DNA of 63,839 nt, filler included, from Collodictyon triciliatum (Eukaryota): the NCBI GenBank assembly GCA_043381765.1. It is 14 parts of 14 records of this genome, joined end to end, with 100 filler letters (N's around TTAATTAATTAA, not from the genome) between each part and the next. Parts side by side here need not be neighbours in the genome. Positions count along the whole stretch, not along the records: positions 36,747 to 41,236 come from JBHJMP010006041.1; positions 41,337 to 45,823 come from JBHJMP010006042.1; positions 45,924 to 50,409 come from JBHJMP010006043.1; positions 50,510 to 54,993 come from JBHJMP010006044.1; 10 more parts are not named here. One strand, written 5' to 3'. A model generated the notes under the pieces. That model was not told the DNA's origin. It searched no databases and saw only the letters and a list, made by a program, of their open reading frames with translations. Below, in pieces: positions 40,453-53,600 of this stretch. Position numbers and translations under genes: made by a program. Numbering within the stretch: position 1 is the stretch's first letter; each line of letters opens with the position of its first letter.

Positions 40453-41051
40453 ATGGCGCGCAGACAGCACCTTGTTGCCTTGTTATTGCTCGGCCTCTTG
40501 TTCGTTGCTTCCATCGAAGCTGCAAAGCGAGAGAAGATGAAGGAAAAAGAAAAACCAAAGACCTACAAACGTGGCGTACGTCCTTACTTAACTAAAGGAA
40601 CAACACCCGAAGCCAAAGTCATATGCACAACCTCTCAGAAAGAAACATGCTATCAAAGCGCGTTTTGCTCTAAGACACCACCTTATCCTCCTGAGATATT
40701 TTTGAACATTTTTTTCAGTGCAATACTTGTTATTAAAACAGGAAAAAAAAACTAGAAAACAAGAAAAGTACACTTCAAAATTATTCAGCATAAATGAAGT
40801 ATAAAAAAGAAATATTTATGTGTTCGGCGAATCAGTTATATTTTCCACTTGTGAGAGTTTACAAGGACTGATACAAACAGGATGGTTGGGGGAACGAGTA
40901 TGAAGACGAGCTGGACAAGGAATGGGAAGACTGGGAAGATCCAGAGCTGAAATACAAGCGTGACCAAGAGAAGCACAAGGGATATAGCATGGATAAGATC
41001 ACAGAAATGCTGGGTCGAGGAGAGGTCCCCACTTCTGGACCGAAGATGTTG
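40453..41051 (+). CDS. Secretory-pathway protein resembling the MESD/Boca chaperone, 5' exons only
   Basis: Signal peptide MARRQHLVALLLLGLLFVASIEA, a basic stretch, then DGWGNEYEDELDKEWEDWEDP...GPKML|. The order basic, acidic-Trp, start of the fold domain is as in MESD. Confidence 0.45.
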
Positions 41052-41112
41052 GTATGTTTTACTCAATACCTTCATTCGATTTTGGTTCTACTCACACTTT
41101 CACATTCCCTTT

Positions 41113-41236
41113 CACTATCACTATCATTATCACTATCATTATCACTATCATTATCACTATCATTATCACTATCATTATCACTATCATTATCACTATCATT
41201 ATCACTATCATTATCACTATCATTATCACTATCATT
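41113..41236. repeat. (CACTATCATTAT)n 12-mer repeat
   Basis: Direct reading. Confidence 0.96.
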
Positions 41237-41913
41237 NNNNNNNNNNNNNNNNNNNNNNNNNNNNNNNNNNNNNNNNNNNNTTAATTAATTAANNNNNNNN
41301 NNNNNNNNNNNNNNNNNNNNNNNNNNNNNNNNNNNNTTTTTTTGTTTTTTTTGTTTTTTCTTTGGTCGTTTACCAAACTGTCAGCTCTCTTCGCCTAGAA
41401 TACCTAGCGAAAGTTCTTGCTGGCTAATAGATAAAAAAAAAAAGAAGTATTATTGTTATTTGGTTTCCTTTCACTTTGTTGCATGATTGATATGGGCTTG
41501 ATAAGACGTAAAAAAAAAAAAAAAAGCGCTACTTCCTTGCTAATATTCTGGACTTTTTGAAGGCCCATGGACTGTATGTGAACGTGTCGACACAAGTCGG
41601 CGTCTGTGCGTTTCTGGTTAATCCGTTTGCTAGTACCAATAGCGCTTGTACGCTATTTCCCTTCATTTTACATTTATTCCATTTGCCTAGTCCTCTTGCT
41701 TTTGCACCCATGTTGTCTGGTGATATAGTTTCCTTTTATATATATAGAAAAATACAACTCTTCACATGGTGTCCAAGGCTGAAGTCGTATATATGACATC
41801 AAAGGCCAACTGCTGAATCTTTCTATAATGGTGGGAAAGACAATCTATTTATTCTACTTGAATACTGGGTAAGATGTTAATCTGAATAATTGCACTTTTC
41901 ACGCTCTTTTGTT

Positions 41914-41967
41914 AACTTTTCTTTACTAACTTCGAATAAAGGGAAAAAAACTTTTCTTTACTAACTT
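41914..41967 (+). mobile_element. 16-nt LINE 3'-tail insertion with perfect 19-bp TSD
   Basis: AACTTTTCTTTACTAACTT[CGAATAAAGGGAAAAA]AACTTTTCTTTACTAACTT. Confidence 0.85.
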
Positions 41968-42145
41968 TAAATTTAATATGTATTGTGTTTTAATACAACA
42001 GGAGGAAAAAAATATAGACTTTGATATTTAGTACTTAATTTACATCTATTGATGTATCAATTTCTTCATTTACAGTTTTTTTTTTTTTTGTTTTTTTGAG
42101 CAGCAAGGCGATCCCTATGAATAATCACGATATTTACTCATCTGA

Positions 42146-42226
42146 TTTTTTTTTCCTCTATTCGATTCAAAGTGTAGCGAGGTTAAGCCATACAAGGGGC
42201 AGGATGGGAGCGCATGAGAGAGCAAA
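42146..42226 (-). mobile_element. About 80-nt LINE 3'-end copy
   Basis: The plus strand reads TTTTTCCTCTATTCGATTCAAAGTGTAGCGAGGTTAAGCCATACAAGGGGCAGGATGGGAGCGCATGAGAGAG, highly similar to 45747-45823. Confidence 0.85.
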
Positions 42227-42884
42227 TGCAGCCTCTTTGAATATATTTCAACCAAACTTCCAGCAATACGCAGACAATAGAACACACCGCAGGAACAGTT
42301 TCTAATTACTAATTACTTCTCTGCGATCCTTTCTCTCTCTCTCTCTCTCTCCCCTTATTCTGTGATACCGATCAAGTGAAAGCCGGTGAAACATGACAAA
42401 TACCTATCAACTTGGTCACATCAAAATGAAAGAATTATAATTAAAATAATCAAAACACTCCATATTTCTTTACAAATGGGTCATGGAATCACTAGATTCA
42501 CGTAATTACAAAGATGCACTTTTTACATGGTATACTATTTTCAGGGGAACCTAATTGGGGGCATTGGCATAGCTGCCACCACCACCACCAATCCATTCGT
42601 TTCATCCATATACCGTGTATTTTTTTTTCAACAATATGTTTTTACCTTCTGTTAACACCTCGAAGTGTTTAGGCATTTGATTATCTTAATAATTGTCTTA
42701 TCATCCGAAAACATCAATTAGACGGCATTTCCAGGACTGCTAGGAATTTTTATTATGTTGTAGAAAAGGGCGAAATAAATTGGGGTTCTATCAATTAAGA
42801 ATCCAATTCAACGACATTTTTTGAGGGAGCCTCTCATATAAAGCTGGTAAAGTTTCCATGAGTGTCTCTGTTTCCGTTTCGGTT

Positions 42885-42951
42885 TGCGTTTGCGTTTGCG
42901 TTTGCGTTTGCGTTTGCGTTTGCGTTTGCGTTTGCGTTTGCGTTTGCGTTT
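42885..42951. repeat. (GCGTTT)n microsatellite
   Basis: Direct reading. Confidence 0.95.
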
Positions 42952-43087
42952 GTGTTTGGGCATCAACAAGCGTCTTGGGACCATACCATCTGCCTTTGCC
43001 TCCCATTTCCCTCCACCAAAAACCCATTAATCTTGAATTTACAGGCACTGATGCCTCACAAACATCGATGTTACCATATCCTGTCAC

Positions 43088-44448
<1,361 letters not shown>

Positions 44449-45746
44449 CTCCCTGCCGTTCTATTTCGATCAATCTTTTTTTTTTTTNNNNNNNNNNNNN
44501 NNNNNNNNNNNNNNNNNNNNNNNNNNNNNNNNNNNNNNNNNNNNNNNNNNNNNNNNNNNNNNNNNNNNNNNNNNNNNNNNNNNNNNNNNNNNNNNNNNNN
44601 NNNNNNNNNNNNNNNNNNNNNNNNNNNNNNNNNNNNNNNNNNNNNNNNNNNNNNNNNNNNNNNNNNNNNNNNNNNNNNNNNNNNNNNNNNNNNNNNNNNN
44701 NNNNNNNNNNNNNNNNNNNNNNNNNNNNNNNNNNNNNNNNNNNNNNNNNNNNNNNNNNNNNNNNNNNNNNNNNNNNNNNNNNNNNNNNNNNNNNNNNNNN
44801 NNNNNNNNNNNNNNNNNNNNNNNNNNNNNNNNNNNNNNNNNNNNNNNNNNNNNNNNNNNNNNNNNNNNNNNNNNNNNNNNNNNNNNNNNNNNNNNNNNNN
44901 NNNNNNNNNNNNNNNNNNNNNNNNNNNNNNNNNNNNNNNNNNNNNNNNNNNNNNNNNNNNNNNNNNNNNNNNNNNNNNNNNNNNNNNNNNNNNNNNNNNN
45001 NNNNNNNNNNNNNNNNNNNNNNNNNNNNNNNNNNNNNNNNNNNNNNNNNNNNNNNNNNNNNNNNNNNNNNNNNNNNNNNNNNNNNNNNNNNNNNNNNGCA
45101 GGAAAGCACGGGAGCAACCAGAAGAAAAAAAACAAATGTGTTGGAGGGAAACTGGATATTCCCCCGGCTCGGGTTTGTGTGACACCAGTCCGTCGATGGA
45201 AAAATTTCTGGAGATTCATTGAATATTCACACATTTGAATTCGGGTTAGTTTTAATGAGGTTTTTTATTTACTTTCTCAGTAAATTTAGTTACCTTTTTT
45301 TCCTATACGTTACTTATATTTTGGGCTTATTTGTTACATTTCTGTGAATCTTTTTCTCCGGCCAATCGCAAACTGCCTTTCGAAGGGAAAAAAATGTGTT
45401 GTCCGAGTGTTTTTCCATGAAGAATACCCTTTTTGGGTGAATTTCAAAGTGCGCGTGGCCGAGTCATCACCACGGGCATTGCTGTTTGTCGACGCAGGCC
45501 AACAAAATCCAAGAAAACAAACGAGGCGATGTTCTACCACATGCGTCCATTTTCTACTACACAGTCTCAACTATGTTAAGCTGATTTCACACTATTTTTT
45601 TATCAGTTATTTAGTGTAAGATTCACTTTTTGACATAATTTAGCTGATCGATCGCGCCGATCATGGCGTATAATATAATTTCCAAAATCATACCTTCGTC
45701 TGTTTGCTTTTATGGAAGTCTCGTTATTTTATGATGCAACCCAGTA

Positions 45747-45823
45747 TTTTTTTTCCTTTATTCGATTCAAAGTGCAGCGAGGTTATGCCATACAAAGGGG
45801 CGGGATGGGAGCGCATGGGAGAG
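45747..45823 (-). mobile_element. LINE 3'-end copy cut by the scaffold end
   Basis: The plus strand reads TTTTTTTTCCTTTATTCGATTCAAAGTGCAGCGAGGTTATGCCATACAAAGGGGCGGGATGGGAGCGCATGGGAGAG. Confidence 0.85.
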
Positions 45824-48800
45824 NNNNNNNNNNNNNNNNNNNNNNNNNNNNNNNNNNNNNNNNNNNNTTAATTAATTAANNNNNNNNNNNNNNNNNNNNN
45901 NNNNNNNNNNNNNNNNNNNNNNNCAACAAATTATATCTGAAATAAATATACCAATATACTATGGTAAAATCAAGCTACATGATTCAAATTTTATAATAAT
46001 GAAAATTCTTCATCTTGTACTTTATATTGAAATATTATATTAATTTCTTCACAAAGATTAGGATCATTTTTAGATTTTGGATTGTGTCGAGGTTTCGTCT
46101 GAAAACTATAAATTGCGCCTGTTTCTATTTACCTAAAACTACAATTTATTTGATACATAATTATTGTTTCTTTTGAAAACCAGAAAGAACTGGACTATTT
46201 CAAATAAATTGTAAGTTCATTCATAGAAATGATTTTCCTACAATATCGATGTCTATATAAAAACAACGATTTCATGATAATTACATTCAAATGTAAAAGT
46301 CAAAGCATGAATTACAACAAATAAACTGATGAATTAAAAAAGGAAGCACTTTACCTATTAATCAAATTTCAGTGATTTTTCTGGCATACTTTGTAATCAT
46401 GCGGTGGATAGCCTTATAATTTTTTTGAATTTCAATTCATTATCACAACTAAAAACAGTCCGTTCCGATAGAATATCGATCGTTCTTGCGTAACCATGGT
46501 AAATTGCTTTCAAAAGATGAAAAGAAAAGTGATTAAATGATTCATAAATCATTCGAGAAAAGTGAGAAATCTTGTGAATACTATTATGAACGTAGCTTCT
46601 AAGGTTAAACATTGAAACGAACAAAATAATTTTAGACATATAAACTTTGAAGTGTAGCCTTTCAATCATTTTGAATGAATCAGCTGCTAAGATGATGATT
46701 CAGAATTCATGGAAATTAAATGCATACAGACCAAGAAAATTCGTTTTGATTGCCATGAATCGAGCTTTTGACCGGAAAAAAGGCGCATTAGTTGAAGTAA
46801 TGAAGGACATGCATGTGGTTTGAATTTTTTGCATTTTTGTAGACAGTTATCCAGTAAGTTTACTGTTAGTACACAAATTTAGATGAAATCAACGTGCCAC
46901 GGCGAGTTCGATACTTCCCTTGACCATATAAATCGGGTTGTATATGTGATGTGGCTGATATCGATGAAATTGTATTGTAATTTTTTTAGTTGATAAATCT
47001 ATAAAAAAAAAAAAAAGATAAAAAAAAAGGAGGAAGGAAGGAAAAGGAGGGCAGGGTGGCCGTGTGGTTATTCACCTATGGGGGAAGTTTGTCCTTGGAT
47101 TAAATACACGGCAAGTCCTGGTAGTTCCAGCTTTTTATTGTTGCCCTATCATCGACCCTGCTGGTTGCATAGGGATGAGTTCCCCTTTCTGTTTCCATCC
47201 CAAGCTGACCTTCGTTCGAATCAGACTCGCGTCTCTGCTTTGAGACAAGCGCAACACTATGTCGGACTGTAGAAAAATACAACAGCCCCTTCCCTGGAAT
47301 CGAATGAAGAGAGGAAACATTCTGATTTTAGTACAACCACCAACAAATATCATGCACCGAATAAAAACGTTTGGAATGGAAATGACGAATAAAGTATTCA
47401 CCCTCCCAGAGTGGTTTTTTCCTCCAGTTGAACAGGCTCGTGGAAGGGAGGTATTACAGGGTATCAAAAGTAAACCTAAATTGTAAGATTATTATGCGCA
47501 TCTTACATGTAAACTCTTGATTTTACAAGAAATTGTATAGTTTAATGGCTGGACAGCATCGTCGATTATCTTTTTTTTAGAAGAAAAAAACCAAATCGGT
47601 AAATAATGGACACATTGCAGAAGTTCCAACACCCAATGCGATGCAGAAGAGACAACAATATTTTTTTCAATGGCCTTTCCAAGGCGTTGATATACCTTGA
47701 GGCGGCTAGTTTGGCACATATATTCGAAAAATAGTGAATGCAACACAACTCCACCAGGAAAATATGGAACAAGTTTTGTTTTAAATTATAGTTGGAATAT
47801 TTTGTGTCCTTTTTTTTTCATCTTGCGCACGACGAGAGATTTTGAGCTTGGCTGACTAGGCATTCACAAGAGAATTATAATGTGTGATATATCGAAAGGA
47901 AGCTTACATATAGCTTGACAAAAGCGATGAATGAGAGCATCATCGATCTCTGGTCGATGCGCGATAGTAAACCATGTCAAGTTTTCTTTCAGAGTCCAGA
48001 ACTTGTATGTAATTAATGTGTAGCGTTATCCAAAACCTCGACTTATTTGACATAAGAAAAAGAAATGAAATGAAAAAGGGATCAGAAAATGAAAATGAAA
48101 AAGAAAAGGAAAAGGAAAAGGAAAACAAAAAGAAAAAGAAAAAGAAAAAGAAAAAGAAAAGGAAAAGGAAAAGGAAAAGAAAAAGGAAAAGAAAAAGAAA
48201 AAGAAAAAGAAAAAGAAAAAGAAAAAGAAAAAGAAAAAGGAAATGAAAAAGAAAAAGAAAAAGAAAAAGAAAATGGAAAGAAAAAGAAAAAGAAAAAGAA
48301 AATGGAAAGAAAAAGAAAAAGAAAAAGAAAGGAAAAAGAAAGGAAAAAGAAAAAGAAAGGAAAAGAAAAAGAAAAAGAAAAGGAAAAAAGAAAAAGAAAA
48401 AGAAAAAGAAAAAGAAAAAGGAAAAAAAGGATTGTGAAACAGAGAATACAGACTGGACACTAACCTTGAAATGCACAGGAGAAGCATTTCATACGGTTCC
48501 AAACATCCAGCCTCTCCTGCGGGGCTGCATACTCGTTCTCCAGCGGCAAGAGCAGGGCTTTGGTGGATTCTTGTGGCATCGCTGAGCGCTGCTCTGGGCA
48601 TCTCGGAGCGTTTGGCAGAGGGACAGGATCGATCACAAACCAACTCTTCAGAGAGCGTGGATGAGTGTGATGGAAAGGCTGAGTGATCAGGTGGACAAAC
48701 TAAGAGACGGTCAACAGCCTTGATGAGTCTAAAGCGCGCTGAGGACTGCAGAGAGGATTTGGAGAAGGCCAAACAATAAAGCTGGATGCCAAGCTCTTCA

Positions 48801-49539
48801 ATGCGCTTACCACCCTTTCGGTGACCTGAAGCGGTGACAGAAGTATTCATACAATTCATATATTTCAGGTTCGTTAAGATTTTGAAAATTACCTTTTAAG
48901 TAAATTAGATGAATTTTTCCTTCAATTTTTCCATAAATGTGTTTGGGACACTATTTTTAATGGTATGATGAAGCGAATTCTTGTGTCGTACAAACGAATT
49001 GACACGTACAAATCTCAATGCACAATGAATTCGTATGGATGTTGGTATTATTTTAGTATTGTATTTGGATAGCAACGTTTTGCAAAAATAAACTTTTAAT
49101 CAATTAACCTAACTCTTTTCGAAAATATCCAGCAAACTATCTATAAATTCCAGTAATGTACTATATGGTGTTCGTATGTTGCACCTTGTTGTTTAGGAAA
49201 TCAGCCTTGTCACCGCGAGTATCTTATCTGCTCGCATGGTTCTAATCAATAAAGTGGCCGATGTAACCCGCCAACTTGCCGTGTTTTCTGGTCTTTTTTA
49301 ATCATTCCACTGAGCATTTAATAACATATTTTTTGTTTCTTCCCAACAGTTAATTAAGAGAAAACAAAGCCGAGGAAACCACCTTAGCCCCTAGGACAAA
49401 CATGAGATGTGTATGAGACTGTGGAAACCCCTGATTGTATGGTTGGATTTTTTGTGTTTTGGGTGGAAGAAAGAAGAAAAGAAAAAACAGGATAGAGAAG
49501 AGAGAAAGTGTTCTCACACACAGACTATTCTACCTGAGG

Positions 49540-50220
49540 TGGTTAACCTCCAATCTGATTTCTGGTTGTACTCGAGACTGACAGAGGAGCGGATAAAGTT
49601 GTCGGGTCGATGAAAGTACGCACATGGCTGTTGCTTTGAAAATCGATTTCGACGTTTCTGTTCAACCATCTTAGACAGTTTTTACATTTTTTTCATCTCA
49701 CATGATGAGTCTTTTGAGGAGACAGCGTGTCACTTTCCTTGCGTTTCTTGCTGGGAGATTCAGACAGAAAGAGATACATCGTTTTTTGTCTGGTATTAGT
49801 GGAAGTGGCGCTTGACCGTCCCCTGGTTTCGGAGCCATGCGTAGCCGGCAGTGGACTTTGCTTAACCGGAGTATGGATACGCGTTTGTGGTTTTAGAAAC
49901 ATACGCCCCTGCTTGCTCGGACTATCTTTAGTGTGTGAAGTTCCAAGCTTGGATTCGACTTGTGTTGTTTGCTCTTGCTCCTTGGTTCTCGGTGCGATGG
50001 GCTGGGAAGGGTAAACGGACTATCTTTGGTGGGCGCTGGTTCTTGTCACAAACAAGCTTCACCACGGCCGTGTCTGTGAAGAAGCCTTTGCCCTTTTTTA
50101 TATCCACGTGGGTCGGCCTGAACATCTTCAGCTCCACACGAAAGAGTTGCGGCCACACGTCCAGCGGTAGTTGGCAGAGCATCACCGAGGTCTCTGTTTG
50201 TTTACCTCTGCTGAATCTGA
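49540..50220 (-). mobile_element. Intronless, frameshifted basic ORF remnant, possibly LINE ORF1
   Basis: Broken frames (VMLCQLPLDVWPQLFRVELKMF...; KKRKESDTLSPQKTHHVR*KKCKNC) abut an RT fragment. No diagnostic motif. Confidence 0.3.
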
Positions 50221-50232
50221 ATATATAACGTA

Positions 50233-50409
50233 CTAGAAAACATCGACTGGAAATACCCAAACCACGCACTCTGATATCTGGGTATAAGGTTTGGGAGCGG
50301 CTGCACAGAAAAGTGGGACAAGCTGGTCAACAATATCAAGTCCATAATCGCCTCTTGGAAAAGATTCCATCTTTCAGACATTGGAAAAGCGAGGCTATGG
50401 AACCAACTC
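50233..50409 (+). mobile_element. LINE RT fragment, paralogous to 27930-28107
   Basis: LENIDWKYPNHAL*YLGIRFGSGCTEKWDKLVNNIKSIIASWKRFHLSDIGKARLWNQL aligns with LPGNIVWKPPSHPLKYLGIIFGPQSDSKWTSLVEDIKSKISVWGNFHLSDVGKVRLWNQV. Confidence 0.88.
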
Positions 50410-50509
50410 NNNNNNNNNNNNNNNNNNNNNNNNNNNNNNNNNNNNNNNNNNNNTTAATTAATTAANNNNNNNNNNNNNNNNNNNNNNNNNNNNNNNNNNN
50501 NNNNNNNNN

Positions 50510-50559
<50 letters not shown>

Positions 50560-50619
50560 ATCACAAATTAATACAGCAATAAAATATAAAAAAATCTGTA
50601 ATATCGCTAATAATTTTAC

Positions 50620-53600
50620 CTGTAAATAAGTTGCTATGTAAAAATAGAGTCAAAACTTTTGGAATCCAGCTGAAGTTTGTTACATTTCCTAAAAAAAAAA
50701 ATGACATAACTGAAAAAAGAAAAATTGTCTTTACAAAAGAATTTACCCAGTTCTTACCTTCAAGCAAATTTCCAAACAAGAATATTGTCGCTACTCCTGG
50801 TATTTGACTAAAATCTGGAACTGAACCTATATACGTGAAAAGTGAGTCCATAGGATTACGATGGGTTCTTGTCTAAAATCAATAACATAATTAAATATAA
50901 TACCTCTTAATTTATTGTTGTGTAGATACAGAGATCTTATTTCTCTTATGTTTGAAAAGTCTGGAATTGTACCTGTCGTGAATGAAATCAATTTTGTTTA
51001 TATTGTAACTAGTCGTTTTATATTAGGCTTTATCTATATTTTGGTGCTCAAACAAATTCTCACCAATAAGTTGATTATTAGATAAGTCCAGATAATTGAT
51101 AAAAGCTATTCCAGTAAAATCTGGTATGGTTCCTGGAAGTTCAAAAGTATTTTAATTTACATCTTAAAGATTTACTCAAACTAAAATGCAAAAAAATGAA
51201 TGTTTTATATTTTTATCATACTCACCACTTAGTTGATTGCCAGATATAACAGCATTATATATTCTGGGTATATTCCGAAAATTCGGTACTGTGCCTAAAA
51301 ATTAGTAGTTTTGGGAAATGTTTACCATGGACGTGAAAATATTATATGTGTTTCTTATCAAAAGAAAAACTATTTTTTGTTACCAGTTAGCTTATTGCTG
51401 TATACGTCTAAGTAAAATAGATCGTTGATGCTGCTGAAGTCTGGAATACTTCCTTGAATAAATTAAGCCATGCTGAGTTGGATACTAAATAAATCTAGGC
51501 ATATTAATTAAAAAGAAAATACCAGCGAAATCATTGCTAGATATCGACAGGCCCGAAAGATTCGGCAAGGAATTAAAGTCTGGAATGGTACCTGTCATAC
51601 GTAATCAGACATTTAAAATTCAGAAAAATTGTGTTATCTTTTTATCTGTTATTTGCTCGACTTCTTGTATTTATAGGGGAAAACATCACCGCATCAAAAT
51701 ATCGTGATTGTATGTGATTTGTATCATAATATTAAAATAAACCGAAAGTATGGTATTTTAAGATACATACGATTCAAGTTAATTTACTGGTATTTACCTC
51801 TAAGCTTGTTATCTGATACATCTATAATTGAGGCAAATGGAATTCCTTTGAAGTTTGGCATGGTTCCTAACAATATTTCCGAGGATTTTAATGACATGGT
51901 ATAGTTCCTGTAATAAGTTAGTATATAAATTATGTAAAATACAGAAAATTAAATAATTATACCTAAAAGTTGATTCCCTTTTACAGAAATTTCATACACT
52001 ATTGGTGCGTTCATAAAGTCTGGTATTGTGCCTACAATTTTTGGAATGACGGTTGTTTAAAATATTTTATTATGATATGAATTGAAATTTATATCGTGTC
52101 TACGAAATCATTAATTCCCTTGGTTTTTTTATACTTACAACCAGTTTTATCTCTCATTTACACATGAAAAAGGACGTGAATGGTATGCTTACCAATTAAT
52201 TGGTTATTATGGAGGTTAATTACGAAAATTTTTGGTGTACAAACGAAATCAGATATAGTGCCTAGAGATTAAAATGATCCCAATCTCGTAAGTTTCTCAA
52301 TAAATTTATAGGTTGAAGTGTATTATCACACTATTCGATTGTATTTAAATTGTGGTGACATAATTACCATTTAATTTGTTGTTGGAAAGAGATATGCCAA
52401 TTATGTATGGAGTATTGCAAAAGTCTGGTATTGTTCCTATAATATTAAGCTTAAAAATAATCCTGCCTGCCAATATTTTATACATTTATCAACTTGTTAG
52501 ATGTTAAATATAATATATTTGGTATAAGTAGGCAGATAGATTTATTTTTAAGTAAATAACCTCCTAACTGGTTACCAGATAAAATAAGGGCACCTATGTC
52601 GGGTATATTACTGAAATTCGGAACAGTTCCTGTAAATAGTTTACTCTGTGTGAAAAGTCTTTTTGATTAAATATTTTCGATACTACAAGATAAAATATAA
52701 CCCCCATTGATTAGACATGTTTAAATGTGTATTTGATTAACACAGCAGTACCGATGAATCGGTTATAATCCAAAAATAGCTCAACTATGCTAGGTATTCC
52801 TTTAAAATTGGGTATTTTTCCTTTTAATCGAATAAAGAGGAAATTCAGTTATTGTTACCCTTATCAAACAAAATAAATATTGTTCAAATATATTTCATGC
52901 ACAATATACTCAGAATGTAGTAAAGGGTGCACATATTATTTTTTAAAAGAAATTCTCTTTATTAAATTTTTCATTATATAATTCTTGTAGTAATATGCGC
53001 AAACCTGTCAGCAAGTTATCACTTAATTCAATTCCATAGATATTCGGGATGTTAAAATCAGGAATTGTGCCTGATGTTATTGATTGGTGTTAATTACATG
53101 ATTAAAAAGGATAATTGGATACTTTCTGAAATATTGGGTAACTACGCATCTTTAATTTTTATTTCAACCTGTAAGTTTGTTAGAATGTAATCTAATTTCT
53201 CTCACGTTTGGAAATAAATCAATATCAAAAAAATTTCCTATTTCATCAATAAAATTTCTTTTAGTAAAGTGCAGTATGGTATATGCATAAATTGCGCAAT
53301 AAAGACTCAACAAACCATCAATTGCAGTCTCATAAATCATGATTGCCTGGATGTTTGGCAGATACTTAAAATTTGGCAGAGTTCCTGTTTATTATTTTAT
53401 GAATGTATTTTAGGATCATAAGCCTATTTCACAATTAAGATAAAGAGAAGAATAAAAGACCTGTTAATTTTTCACTTTCTCCGATGGCCAAATGAGTGAC
53501 TTGAGTCAATCCCGAAAAGTTGGGAATAGTTCCCCTCAATTTATTACCAGCTATATTTATATACTGAATAATAGGCCACCCTTGAAAGTTGGGTATTGTT

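Noticed and set aside
45924-48860. Possible genes on both strands, including a TPR-like STALMSLKRAEDCREDLEKAKQ segment
   Set aside because: I could not build a consistent spliced frame or recognise a family, so this is left uncalled.
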